DNA of 64,000 nucleotides from a virus. A program made the translations under genes and the position numbers. The notes under the pieces are model-generated. The model was not told the DNA's origin and made no database searches. It saw only the letters and a list, made by a program, of their open reading frames with translations. This document shows, in pieces, positions 8,791-18,357 of this stretch; the first letter of the stretch is position 1; every line of letters begins with the position of its first letter. The DNA is taken from positions 8,412-72,411 of the IMG/VR virus record IMGVR_UViG_3300045049_000070. The stretch is one strand, 5' to 3'.

Positions 8791-10004
8791 AACGATTGAT
8801 GGGCTGTACTGAGATTGCTGACGCAACGCAGTATCGTAGCCTTACCGACGTTGAAAGACATCTGCAACAGATTAAAGATCAACTAAACGACGCTGACGCG
8901 CTTCTGCGTACATACCGACTTCAATTCGCACGAGCTGAGACCTCGGCCATCAAATTCACAGTCGGTCAGGATATTGATGGCCCCAAGAAGGGCGGAAAGA
9001 TAATCACGAATCAGATTGACAAAGTGGTGATTCCCAAGATGGATGCTCTGCGCTCCAACTTTGAGGTCGTCAATCAACTGGCAGAAAAGGTCCAAGAACT
9101 AGAGACCATGTATGCGTCGGTCGAAATCAATTTTCGCGGCGTTCGTGGGCAGCCAGATGTGCTGAAGTCGATCAAGACTATGAAAGCCGGAGCCGAAAAG
9201 AAGCTGCAGGATGCTCTCGACTTTCTAAACGATATCGGCACCAAATACGCCCCAACGGCCTTCAAGGAAATGACCAAGAAGGTTGCGGCGCGTCTGAACG
9301 AAGATCTTGACTTTGAGAAAGCCAAGTCTGCTGTATACGCTACTGAGATGGCGACAGGAGAATTGTCTTTCACTCTTTATATTGAACTAAAAAACCTCTC
9401 AGACGAAAACGGCGAAACATGGCCCAAATTCTACATCGTTCTGACGTGCGTTTTGGTTCCAATAGCTACCGACAAAACGAAACTGAGTGTCGAAACCTAC
9501 GTCACTGTAATGCACGATTTCCAGCCTCCAGGACGTTTTGATGCGGGAAAACGAGTGACGACTGATAAGGAAGCGCTGGCCGAAATCGGACATCTACTTA
9601 GCCTAGAAAATATCGCGACAGCTATCGGCACTTTGCCTCATAATCTGGTAGGGATTGACAAGAAGTTCTTGAAAACTGGAGCCGAGCGTGTACGTGATGT
9701 AGAGGTAGATGAATCTAGCTTCACGTTCTGGTTCCTGAAAGCGGTAAAAGAAGCAGAAGCACGTTCGTTGATGAATACTCTGTATCCGCAAGTTAAAGCA
9801 ATGCTGTCACACATTAAGCGCGCTCAGGTAAAGATGCGACTGCTGGAAGCCAGCGACGGAGGATGGGGCGCGAAATACAGTCTGGTCAATCTGGCTCGTG
9901 ACGACCAGATTTCTGTGCAAGATCTTGATTGGCTGAAGAAGCAATTCAAGATGAGTGACGAAAAGCTACGTGAAGTAGTGAAGATCGTCAACAAAGGAAA
10001 TTAA
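8781..10004 (+). CDS. hypothetical protein, probable virion component
   Basis: GAGGA RBS, ATG 8781; coiled-coil N-half. Confidence 0.75.
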   Translation: MAIKRLMGCTEIADATQYRSLTDVERHLQQIKDQLNDADALLRTYRLQFARAETSAIKFTVGQDIDGPKKGGKIITNQIDKVVIPKMDALRSNFEVVNQLAEKVQELETMYASVEINFRGVRGQPDVLKSIKTMKAGAEKKLQDALDFLNDIGTKYAPTAFKEMTKKVAARLNEDLDFEKAKSAVYATEMATGELSFTLYIELKNLSDENGETWPKFYIVLTCVLVPIATDKTKLSVETYVTVMHDFQPPGRFDAGKRVTTDKEALAEIGHLLSLENIATAIGTLPHNLVGIDKKFLKTGAERVRDVEVDESSFTFWFLKAVKEAEARSLMNTLYPQVKAMLSHIKRAQVKMRLLEASDGGWGAKYSLVNLARDDQISVQDLDWLKKQFKMSDEKLREVVKIVNKGN

Positions 10005-10012
10005 GACATATC

Positions 10013-10447
10013 ATGAAGATCAGACTTCAAGCCGCTGTTCGTCTTAAGAAAGTTTTAGCCGCAGCACTAAAATCCTTCCCTACGTTAAGCAAATATCCGA
10101 CAATCGTGAAAGCAGTCGAGGAAATTGGACTCGACAACAACAGCAGAAAAGACTCTTATTATGGACGCGCCGAGTGGTATCTTACCAAAGGGAAATATAA
10201 GCCTGCAGAATTAGAAGCAACATGCAAAGAACTTTCCGGACAGAATGTCAGTAAGCTCAAGAATCCAAAGGCTATTGAGATGTATGGAAAGAACGGAAAC
10301 TTCTTAGAAGTTCTGGCTATAGGCGAAGATAGGGATCAAAGAGATGTTATGTCCCGTTCACCGAAATACAAACGTGTGTTTGACTTTCTAGCCGATGTAT
10401 TCGACGGTGCAGAGTGTCCTATCCACTCGCTATTCAGAGGTGAATAA
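10013..10447 (+). CDS. hypothetical protein with class II leader
   Basis: MKIRLQAAVRLKKVLAA. Confidence 0.75.
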   Translation: MKIRLQAAVRLKKVLAAALKSFPTLSKYPTIVKAVEEIGLDNNSRKDSYYGRAEWYLTKGKYKPAELEATCKELSGQNVSKLKNPKAIEMYGKNGNFLEVLAIGEDRDQRDVMSRSPKYKRVFDFLADVFDGAECPIHSLFRGE

Positions 10448-10723
10448 ATGAGGATTCAAGCTGTCGCACGGCTTAAAGAAGCCGCTGGTGTTCTAGACGT
10501 TAAACAGAAACAGAAGATACAGAGTGGTCTAGCACAGATATCTGAAGGAATGGCGATCATCAGAGTTGGCCTTAATACGTTGAAACCAATTGTTGATGTT
10601 CTCAAGAAGAATGATGGAAGTTCTTACGTCGATCATGCAAGTGTCACTAACTCACTCAAAGATTTTGAGTTTGTTTTCAAAGCACTTAAAGACGCGATTA
10701 AAGACGACGACAAAGGCATCTAA
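10448..10723 (+). CDS. hypothetical protein with class II leader
   Basis: MRIQAVARLKEAA; GAGGT RBS. Confidence 0.75.
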   Translation: MRIQAVARLKEAAGVLDVKQKQKIQSGLAQISEGMAIIRVGLNTLKPIVDVLKKNDGSSYVDHASVTNSLKDFEFVFKALKDAIKDDDKGI

Positions 10724-11508
10724 TGAAACTGCAAGCACTTGCGCGCCTGTTGTCGCTAGCAGGTGCTTATACCGAAGACAGACTGACACGCGAACAAGCA
10801 AAGAAACTAGCGCTTCAGTTACGTCCGCTAATCAAACGTCATTGTCAGGGTTTCCAGCTAGCGGGCTCATATCGTCGCGGCAAGACTGATATTGGTGACT
10901 TAGATTTTGTGGTAGTCAATTGCGATATGGCTGCCTTGCTCTCTGACTTGGTTGAACATGCTGCGGCAACAGAAGCTCCTCGTGCAGGATCCGGAATGTT
11001 GACCGTCACTGTGCCGTTCGGAAAGAAGAGTATTCAAGTCGAGTTTGTAAACGTCAAGCCTCGCGCGATAGGTAGCGGATTGCTTCATAGTACGGGAGGT
11101 GCAGATTTCAACAAAGGTCTGCGCAGTTACGCCAAGAGTAAGGGAATGCTGCTCAATCAGCATGGTCTGTTCCGTGCTGATAACAAGAGATTCTTAGCCG
11201 GACGTACTGAAGAAGATGTGTTCGACAAGCTAGGGTGGGCGTTCGTTCCACCTAAAGAACGTGGCTTCAGTTTTATGACCTTGAAGCCCAAATATCTTAT
11301 CGATCCATACAAGAATAACCTGTTGTTGAAGAAACCTCAAGGTGAAGGTAAAGTATGGAAGGTCAAATCCAAATCCGATCCAAACAAGCTCTATTTCGTG
11401 ACACTAAAACCGAATGGCAAATGGACATGCACATGTCCGCAGTTTGTGTTCAGAAAAGTAGACTGCAAACACATAGATCTAGTTAAAGAGAGAACAGGTA
11501 CCAAATGA
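10723..11508 (+). CDS. polX: minimal family X DNA polymerase fused to SWIM zinc finger, class II leader
   Basis: AGSYRRGKxxIGDLD, HSTG..FN..LR..AK.KG..LNQHGL; C-terminal CTCP...CKH. Confidence 0.85.
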   Translation: MKLQALARLLSLAGAYTEDRLTREQAKKLALQLRPLIKRHCQGFQLAGSYRRGKTDIGDLDFVVVNCDMAALLSDLVEHAAATEAPRAGSGMLTVTVPFGKKSIQVEFVNVKPRAIGSGLLHSTGGADFNKGLRSYAKSKGMLLNQHGLFRADNKRFLAGRTEEDVFDKLGWAFVPPKERGFSFMTLKPKYLIDPYKNNLLLKKPQGEGKVWKVKSKSDPNKLYFVTLKPNGKWTCTCPQFVFRKVDCKHIDLVKERTGTK

Positions 11509-12104
11509 ATCCCGTTAATCTAGCAAAGCTATCCTACACGTTCCTAGACTCGAACGGTGCTGCGTATGTCGGAAAAGAAGTGACTGTCTACGAAGACAAC
11601 TCTAGTATTCCTGTTCGTACATTCACGTCAGACGGTCGTTTCTTGGGTTCAATTGGATATACAGACCCAAATGGATTGTTTCAGACCTACGTCCTGCAGG
11701 GCAAGAGCTATCGTTTAGTGATCCGTGATGCGGCTCTGAATGGGTTTGAACTCGACGAAGTGACGGGCATTGTTCCTTCGAATGCCAATCCATCGAATGC
11801 AGCTCCGCTGACTGGTCCGCTGGCAATCACTGCATCACGAACGTTGACCGCTCAAGATAACGGACGTACTTTGGTGTCGAACGTCACGTCGGCGATCGTA
11901 CTAACGATTCCTAAAGGACTCGCTTCTGGATTTGGATGTGCAGTCCATCAACAGAATACAGGAAAAGTTACATTTGCTGCCGCATCTGGTGTAACTATGA
12001 CAAATGTTGGCGATCAATATTCGACGTCAGGCCAGAAAGCTACGATTGGATTAGTAAACATTGCTCAGGACGCTTACAACGTTACTGGTTCTACTGGAGC
12101 GTAA
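11505..12104 (+). CDS. tail fibre/decoration-like protein
   Basis: G/S/T/A-rich beta-strand protein. Confidence 0.55.
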   Translation: MNPVNLAKLSYTFLDSNGAAYVGKEVTVYEDNSSIPVRTFTSDGRFLGSIGYTDPNGLFQTYVLQGKSYRLVIRDAALNGFELDEVTGIVPSNANPSNAAPLTGPLAITASRTLTAQDNGRTLVSNVTSAIVLTIPKGLASGFGCAVHQQNTGKVTFAAASGVTMTNVGDQYSTSGQKATIGLVNIAQDAYNVTGSTGA

Positions 12105-12109
12105 TCCAG

Positions 12110-13906
12110 ATGATGTTATCAAATGCTTTTCTAGCAGCTCTTGCAGCGGCCGGAAATCAGAATTTCACCTATTATGTAGATTCGGTAAACGGGAACGATG
12201 CGAACAACGGTACATCTAAAGCATCTGCCTTCCAATCGCTGAGCAGCGTTCCGTTGCTAACCACCGGTCAATCAGTTGGACTGGCATGTGGATCGTACTG
12301 GCGTGGATATCTTCTAGACGTCAATAGTTCTGGTAACATCATCTTTGGATCGTACGGAACAGGTGCCCCTCCGGTAATGGATGGAGCAGTCGTCGTTACT
12401 GGGTGGACACAGAACGGAACATATTCTGATATCTACCAAGTTTCGTTCACACGTGACAATACGAATCCGACGACCACCGAACTACTTGGTCTGTGGATAG
12501 ATGGTATACGCCCACGGTTTGCCTCGTCATTGGCTGATTTGGAAGCTAACGGTGGATGGTATGCAGATTCACGTATCTCCCTGACAACAAACGTGTACGT
12601 GAAAACGGTGCCTAACTCGCACACGATTGAGATCAGCAAATACGATTGGGCGATCGGATGCTACAACGCAGCGACTCCATGCTACGTAAATGGTCCAATC
12701 GAAATGAAGCGTTATCTGGCGCATTACAACGCGCTCCAGATGGGCCCAGGACAGGCTCAACAATTCATTGTTAGAGATGGAACTATCCACCATACGGTTA
12801 CTCAAGCGTCATTGACACAAGATTTCATCTTGACTGAGCTGGATATACCGTCTGATCCAAATCTGATGGTCGCCTATCGTGATAATCCTGTTGGTTTTAC
12901 ACCAGTGATAAAACGTGGATTTGCCATCTTTGATCAAGCTACGTTAGGCGGCCAGAATTTCACAGTTCATGCAATTTCTGAGCACAGCGGATCAACAGAT
13001 ATCCAGAGTCTGGATGCAGAACAGTGCGGCTTTGTTGGAATAAATGGATTGGCCCATCTGTCTGCATCAAGTGGGCATCTAGAAGGAATCTATTGTCACA
13101 ACGTTGTCAGTGACGGAATATTCTTGGGTCCTGGGTCAACGGTGACTAGACTACTGATGTGGGACGATCAAGTCTCTAACTATAACGGCGGTGTCGCTGC
13201 AATGACACAAATCCACGCCGTTGTAAACGCATCTGCTTCTATCACTGACTGCGCTGTGTGGGGAAAGAAAGGTGCTCAGATGGTAATGGACACCGTAGGA
13301 ACAGTTCCGTTACCAATGTCGCACACTGTGCTATCTTCTGACAATGGTCAAGCGATCAACGTTACAAGTGGATCAATTGCCGTCAACTTCTGTGTCATTG
13401 ACACAAACGATACCAACATACAGATTTGGGATGGATCTGATCCAGGATCGTACACTGGAGATTATAACGTATGGGCGTGGTGGCGCAATCCGTCTGGCTT
13501 CCGACCCGGTGCCGTAAAAGGACAATGGAAAGGCTCTCTGATATTCCACCTAAATGATTGGCAAGCAGCGTCTGGTCAGGATGCTCATAGTGTAGGCCTT
13601 GATTCTGCCGATCAGGTGAGTGGCAATGCCAATGCATTCTGGTTAGGAATGGCTCTAGGAACTGGTGGACCTGAAGTTGGTGACTTCCGAATCAATCCAA
13701 ATGCCAGAGTAATAGGTGGTGACGGAACGGCGTACATTGGAACGTTCACTGATGGAACTCCAATCACACAAGCGGGTCCTCAAACTCACTGGGATTGGAA
13801 CGCCAGAGCAATCGCATCTGGTCCTCCAACACATATACCACAGCTGCCAATAACTCTGTCTCAGATGCGACAGTATATTCAAACCCCAAAATTATGGACC
13901 TTCTGA
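12110..13906 (+). CDS. beta-helix (pectin-lyase-like) tailspike/fibre protein
   Basis: YYVDSVNGNDANNGTS..SAF motif, YGTGAPP, G/N/S-rich repeats; start re-assigned to ATG 12110. Confidence 0.65.
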   Translation: MMLSNAFLAALAAAGNQNFTYYVDSVNGNDANNGTSKASAFQSLSSVPLLTTGQSVGLACGSYWRGYLLDVNSSGNIIFGSYGTGAPPVMDGAVVVTGWTQNGTYSDIYQVSFTRDNTNPTTTELLGLWIDGIRPRFASSLADLEANGGWYADSRISLTTNVYVKTVPNSHTIEISKYDWAIGCYNAATPCYVNGPIEMKRYLAHYNALQMGPGQAQQFIVRDGTIHHTVTQASLTQDFILTELDIPSDPNLMVAYRDNPVGFTPVIKRGFAIFDQATLGGQNFTVHAISEHSGSTDIQSLDAEQCGFVGINGLAHLSASSGHLEGIYCHNVVSDGIFLGPGSTVTRLLMWDDQVSNYNGGVAAMTQIHAVVNASASITDCAVWGKKGAQMVMDTVGTVPLPMSHTVLSSDNGQAINVTSGSIAVNFCVIDTNDTNIQIWDGSDPGSYTGDYNVWAWWRNPSGFRPGAVKGQWKGSLIFHLNDWQAASGQDAHSVGLDSADQVSGNANAFWLGMALGTGGPEVGDFRINPNARVIGGDGTAYIGTFTDGTPITQAGPQTHWDWNARAIASGPPTHIPQLPITLSQMRQYIQTPKLWTF

Positions 13907-14364
13907 TGAAGATCAATGCGCCCAATAGACTGAAGGAAATTGCAGTCGAAATCAAACCTGAGAATCGTGGCAAGTTGCACAAGCGGCTTGGTATTCCAGA
14001 AGGAGAGACAATTCCAATGTCTCGTCTACATTCTGAACTCAAGAAAGCCAAGGACAGCGGCGATACTGAGCTCGAAAAGATGGTGAACTTCGCCATAAAT
14101 TTTCACCACAAGGCCTCTGTGCAAAAGGCGGCAAAGAAACGCCTTCGTGATTACTTAGTGTCGTTCATTCCAGAACATTGGCCTGGAACGACTGCGGTCC
14201 TAGAAGACGATTGTGTGATCGTGAAAGGACCAAAAGCACAGTTGGATAAGATCTATAAAGAATACCATGAAGATGGCCATCCAGGCGAACTCGCTTGCTA
14301 TCGCTATCCGAATTATGTGTCGATAACATCGACAGGCCGCAAAATGGGCGGAATGCCATGGTGA
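13906..14364 (+). CDS. hypothetical protein with class II leader
   Basis: MKINAPNRLKEIA; TGATG coupling with upstream gene. Confidence 0.75.
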   Translation: MKINAPNRLKEIAVEIKPENRGKLHKRLGIPEGETIPMSRLHSELKKAKDSGDTELEKMVNFAINFHHKASVQKAAKKRLRDYLVSFIPEHWPGTTAVLEDDCVIVKGPKAQLDKIYKEYHEDGHPGELACYRYPNYVSITSTGRKMGGMPW

Positions 14365-14367
14365 TGT

Positions 14368-15021
14368 ATGCCTGTACCCTACGTTAAGAAATTAGCAGAG
14401 AAGCATGGCATGTCTGTCGATAAGGCAGAAGAACATTGGTCAAAGGCTAAGCAGAGAGCAGCTGACGAAGGCAAGTCTGAAGATTATGCGTATATCACTG
14501 GCATCTTTAAGCGAATGATGGGTGAAAAAGCTGGAGCCGAATCGGATGCTGCTGAACGATTGTACTGGGAGTTTGATGCTCGCAAGAAAGGTTACGGACC
14601 TTGGAAAACACGGCCACAGTCAGAGCGTGATGCATTTAAGCAAATCTTACGTGGAGTTGGAGTGACCGCCAGTCAAAGAGCTAATGTCGTTCTTGCGGCA
14701 ATTGCCAATCAAGCCCAAGCTAAACGGTTCTTGATCGACATTGGTTTGCATCCAACTAAGATCGGACAATCTGACGATAATTACGTTTCGTGGTCGATTG
14801 CAAAAGACAGCGAAGAACAGGACGTAGTAAACAAGATAAGTGAAGCACTTGGCCGTTCTGGAAAGAAAGTCGCGAAAGATTACGGTCCTCCGATTAAACG
14901 CATTACCAAGACAATCCGTTGGCTGTGGGAAGTTCCAGGCAAAGGCGTTATGGTCTTCTATCCACACAGCTACAAAGTCGGTTTCATGAACAAGATCGAA
15001 GACGATCCCGGAGAAGAGTAA
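14368..15021 (+). CDS. hypothetical multi-module protein
   Basis: 217 aa ORF in operon. Confidence 0.75.
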   Translation: MPVPYVKKLAEKHGMSVDKAEEHWSKAKQRAADEGKSEDYAYITGIFKRMMGEKAGAESDAAERLYWEFDARKKGYGPWKTRPQSERDAFKQILRGVGVTASQRANVVLAAIANQAQAKRFLIDIGLHPTKIGQSDDNYVSWSIAKDSEEQDVVNKISEALGRSGKKVAKDYGPPIKRITKTIRWLWEVPGKGVMVFYPHSYKVGFMNKIEDDPGEE

Positions 15022-15501
15022 ATGGCTATCACCAAAATCCATGCTGCTGAACGTTTGAAACAAACGGCTCTTACCGACACAAAAGGAGCAGCTGCGTTTG
15101 TACAGAAGGTCTTTGACAAATATCAGCTTGGTCTTAAAGTCAAAGCCGACAGAAATCCAGATAATGAGACTGAACCGGCATTAGCTGTATCCGGCCGATA
15201 CAAAGGGCAGGAAATTGAGTTCAACATCATTCTCATGGCGGACGGTAAGCGGCCGGATGTAGTTTTTGATGTCTTCGCATGGCCAGAAATGTCCAATGAA
15301 TCACCAGATGATTATGAGGCAATGGACGTTCTAATGCACAACGGCATGAAAAAGAAAAGCGAACGTCGTGCGTTGGTAAAAGGTCTAAATCAAGCAGCTG
15401 GGACGCTCAGAGATTCTGCGAATAGACTTGTAGACTACGCCGATTGGCTTGAACGAGTATCTAAAGCTATGGCGGACATTGGAAGTAAGTACGGGAAATA
15501 A
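15022..15501 (+). CDS. hypothetical protein with hybrid leader
   Basis: MAITKIHAAERLKQTA. Confidence 0.75.
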   Translation: MAITKIHAAERLKQTALTDTKGAAAFVQKVFDKYQLGLKVKADRNPDNETEPALAVSGRYKGQEIEFNIILMADGKRPDVVFDVFAWPEMSNESPDDYEAMDVLMHNGMKKKSERRALVKGLNQAAGTLRDSANRLVDYADWLERVSKAMADIGSKYGK

Positions 15502-15502
15502 C

Positions 15503-16135
15503 ATGAAAGCAGAAAGTCGCTTGAAAGTTCTTGCGACCGAAGGTGAATCGCTGATCGAACGACGTAACAAACAGACTACTGACCTGTTGCACCGTCTTAA
15601 GTCCATGGGTCTATCTGGAGATTGGCGAGTAGAATCGCATCATTCGGTCATCGTGTTTAGACCTCAGGTAAGCATTGCTATTGGTGATTGGTGGACGTCA
15701 AAGACAGAACCTATTCCCGATGGTGAACATATTCTTGGAGAGTTGCTTTACGACTTGCGTAAATTAGGCTACCGTCTAGACAAAGCCAGATCACGTAAAA
15801 TAGGCAGCATGCATGAAAGTGCGTTTTGGACTAACGGCCACGATGTAATCAGAGTAATGGTCACATATGGCCCCGACGACAATCATCACGTAAGTTACAT
15901 AGAATTTGCGTTCTACGAACCAGAATCTGCTGCTCGTTATATTGGCACGCAACAGTGGTTTCTCGACAAGCCTGTTCATAACCAGAAAGATTATCTGACA
16001 AAGAAGCCGTTCTCTAAGTTCAAGCAGGTTCACGAAGACCACAAACAGCAGAAAGAACAAGAAGCGACAGATGAGCAGGATGAACGATACGGACGTGCGA
16101 TGGAACGTCTGCGCCAACGACTGCAGAAAGACTGA
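15503..16135 (+). CDS. hypothetical protein with class II leader
   Basis: MKAESRLKVLA; ATG 1 nt after upstream stop. Confidence 0.75.
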   Translation: MKAESRLKVLATEGESLIERRNKQTTDLLHRLKSMGLSGDWRVESHHSVIVFRPQVSIAIGDWWTSKTEPIPDGEHILGELLYDLRKLGYRLDKARSRKIGSMHESAFWTNGHDVIRVMVTYGPDDNHHVSYIEFAFYEPESAARYIGTQQWFLDKPVHNQKDYLTKKPFSKFKQVHEDHKQQKEQEATDEQDERYGRAMERLRQRLQKD

Positions 16136-16144
16136 AAGTCAATC

Positions 16145-16600
16145 ATGCCTAGCAACAGCAAACGTATTAAAGAGATTCTTGATCGTCTTGGAAAGATCAA
16201 AGAAATCCTAAGACGTAATGTCGATCCTAAGAAGAAAGCACCAGCGATTAAAGAACGTGAAGAATTGAAAAAAGAATTACAGAAGCTTGGATACACTGGC
16301 AAACTATATTCTAGTCTCGGTGCCGTAGCTCGTTTGCAAGAGATCGCTGCTACGAAGCAGGAGTGGGAAACCGTCTATAACGCTACGTTCAAGGTAATGC
16401 TCAAGCACGGACAAAGATATCTTGCTCGTGCCAAATGGTATTACGAGAACGACTACAGCGAAGTGATCATCGCATTCGAGACCGACATGGATGATGTTCC
16501 TGAGAGCTTGCTAAACGAGCTGAAGTCGTGCAATACGAAGAACGTTAGAGTCGATCCCTGCCGAAGCATTCATGGTAGCGGATTCACACGATATAGATAA
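16145..16600 (+). CDS. hypothetical protein with internal class II motif
   Basis: basic N-part, then GAVARLQEIAA. Confidence 0.7.
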   Translation: MPSNSKRIKEILDRLGKIKEILRRNVDPKKKAPAIKEREELKKELQKLGYTGKLYSSLGAVARLQEIAATKQEWETVYNATFKVMLKHGQRYLARAKWYYENDYSEVIIAFETDMDDVPESLLNELKSCNTKNVRVDPCRSIHGSGFTRYR

Positions 16601-16606
16601 GACATT

Positions 16607-18079
16607 ATGAACAGCACACAAGTAATCGTCAAGTACCCCGCCGACATACGAAACGTTTCAGTCGACTTCACCGACGTACTTGTGGGTGGAGAGCAAATCA
16701 CAAGCGGTAGCTTGAGCGTCAGTGATCCAACAGGATTGACAGTCAGCGGACTAGGTTTTACTGCCAGTACCATCAGCCTTAATGTAGGTGGCGGGGCAGA
16801 TAAGCAATCGTATGGTGTGCAAGTGACAGCCAACACGAGTGGCGGTCATATCTACACCAAACAATTAGCAGTGGTCAACAATTCTGATTTGGCTGCCAAC
16901 TATCAGAACGTAAACGTAGATGCGTTCCAGGCTCTGGTTGGAAAGCTTGAGGCAGGAACATCGGCGTTAGGTAAAGTCAACTTCTCGTTTCCAGCAACAG
17001 TTGATACAACGACTGGTGTTGTTGGATGGGAATTGCTAGACATTGATGGGATTGTTCTTTCGTCTGGACAGGCGTTTGGATATCAGACAGTCACCACTGT
17101 TGGTGGCAAACGTGTTGAAGCACAAGCTATCATATCTGTTCCATCGAACACGAAACCAACGTTGGAAGGTCAGTCGTACCAGATTCGCTGGACATTGACT
17201 CTAAACGGCAATCAGAACTATGCGTATGAAAACCTGATTGTCACTGGACCAAATACTGTTCCAGAAGGCCCGGAAGATGTAATCGAGCTATCGGACGCAG
17301 CGTCGTTCTGTGCATCAATAGTGTCTCCGACTCCGTTCGACACTGTTACTGCCGACATCTATGTCAAAAACGATAAGCTGGTTGCAGACGCACCGACTAC
17401 AGCTGTTCAGACCGCAGACGGATGGCTGTACACGATCAATGTGACTAACGATGGTACATTGGTCGCCAGCCTAGATCCGTATACTGTGATGTGGAAGCAA
17501 TCGAATGTTGCACGTCCAAACTATGTTGAACGCAGCACCGGACGACTGTTTGTCGTCAACGCCAGCTTGATGCAGGCAGTAAATGACATGCGGATTATCG
17601 TCAATCGAGCTGAGTCCTCGATTCTCGGCGCGAACGACATCATCTTCACAGAACAGATTCTGCTGGCGTACCTGCGTCGCGGTCGCGACGCGTTCAACAG
17701 TGCATATGGCATGTTCACTGCATTTGACATGAGAAACGCCAGCGGCGGTATTCGCGAGTATTGGCTGCGCTTCAGTGAAATCATGTGCCTGCGTGCTCAG
17801 TTCCTGGCCGAAGGTGAAAAGGTGTTCAATCTTAGTGGACAAGGTATTTCGCTGGATGTGGATCGTACTTCGTACTATAGTCAGTTGGCTGACAACATGC
17901 AATCGCAGCTGGACAACGAATGCAAGTCCATGAAACAAAACCTGATCAAGAAAGGCATCCTTGGCGGTGACGGCAACGTCGACAACTTGACGGCAATGCG
18001 TCGTGGATCGAACGGAGCAGTGGCTATCACAATCACTCCAGCCTCCTCACTTGGATGGCGTTGGGCACGGAGATTCTAA
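16607..18079 (+). CDS. virion structural protein (Ig-like domains plus helical C-terminus, possible head-tail/neck)
   Basis: 490 aa; T/S/V-rich beta domains. Confidence 0.6.
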   Translation: MNSTQVIVKYPADIRNVSVDFTDVLVGGEQITSGSLSVSDPTGLTVSGLGFTASTISLNVGGGADKQSYGVQVTANTSGGHIYTKQLAVVNNSDLAANYQNVNVDAFQALVGKLEAGTSALGKVNFSFPATVDTTTGVVGWELLDIDGIVLSSGQAFGYQTVTTVGGKRVEAQAIISVPSNTKPTLEGQSYQIRWTLTLNGNQNYAYENLIVTGPNTVPEGPEDVIELSDAASFCASIVSPTPFDTVTADIYVKNDKLVADAPTTAVQTADGWLYTINVTNDGTLVASLDPYTVMWKQSNVARPNYVERSTGRLFVVNASLMQAVNDMRIIVNRAESSILGANDIIFTEQILLAYLRRGRDAFNSAYGMFTAFDMRNASGGIREYWLRFSEIMCLRAQFLAEGEKVFNLSGQGISLDVDRTSYYSQLADNMQSQLDNECKSMKQNLIKKGILGGDGNVDNLTAMRRGSNGAVAITITPASSLGWRWARRF

Positions 18080-18084
18080 ATATC

Positions 18085-18357
18085 ATGGCGATCATAAATC
18101 GTGTCGAAGCCGTTCGAAAGCGCATTTACGAGTTCGTCCCCGGAAGACCAAAATTCTTTTACGCAGACGAAGTCGATAGCATCATTAACAATCTAAAAAC
18201 AAAAGGCAAGGCAGAGCTGCTACATAATGCGTTAAGCGACTTTTTCGATTTTAGTGTCGACAGGAGTAATCTAAAGAATCCAAAGAAAGCTTCTGATCAA
18301 CTCTGCAAAGACGTTGGGAAAACTGTCTGGTACTCAGAAATAGACGATGATCACTAA
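18085..18357 (+). CDS. hypothetical protein with class I leader
   Basis: MAIINRVEA. Confidence 0.7.
   Translation: MAIINRVEAVRKRIYEFVPGRPKFFYADEVDSIINNLKTKGKAELLHNALSDFFDFSVDRSNLKNPKKASDQLCKDVGKTVWYSEIDDDH

Noticed and set aside
11936-12109. Upstream extension of the beta-helix ORF
   Set aside because: It overlaps the preceding gene; ATG 12110 after the upstream stop is more plausible.
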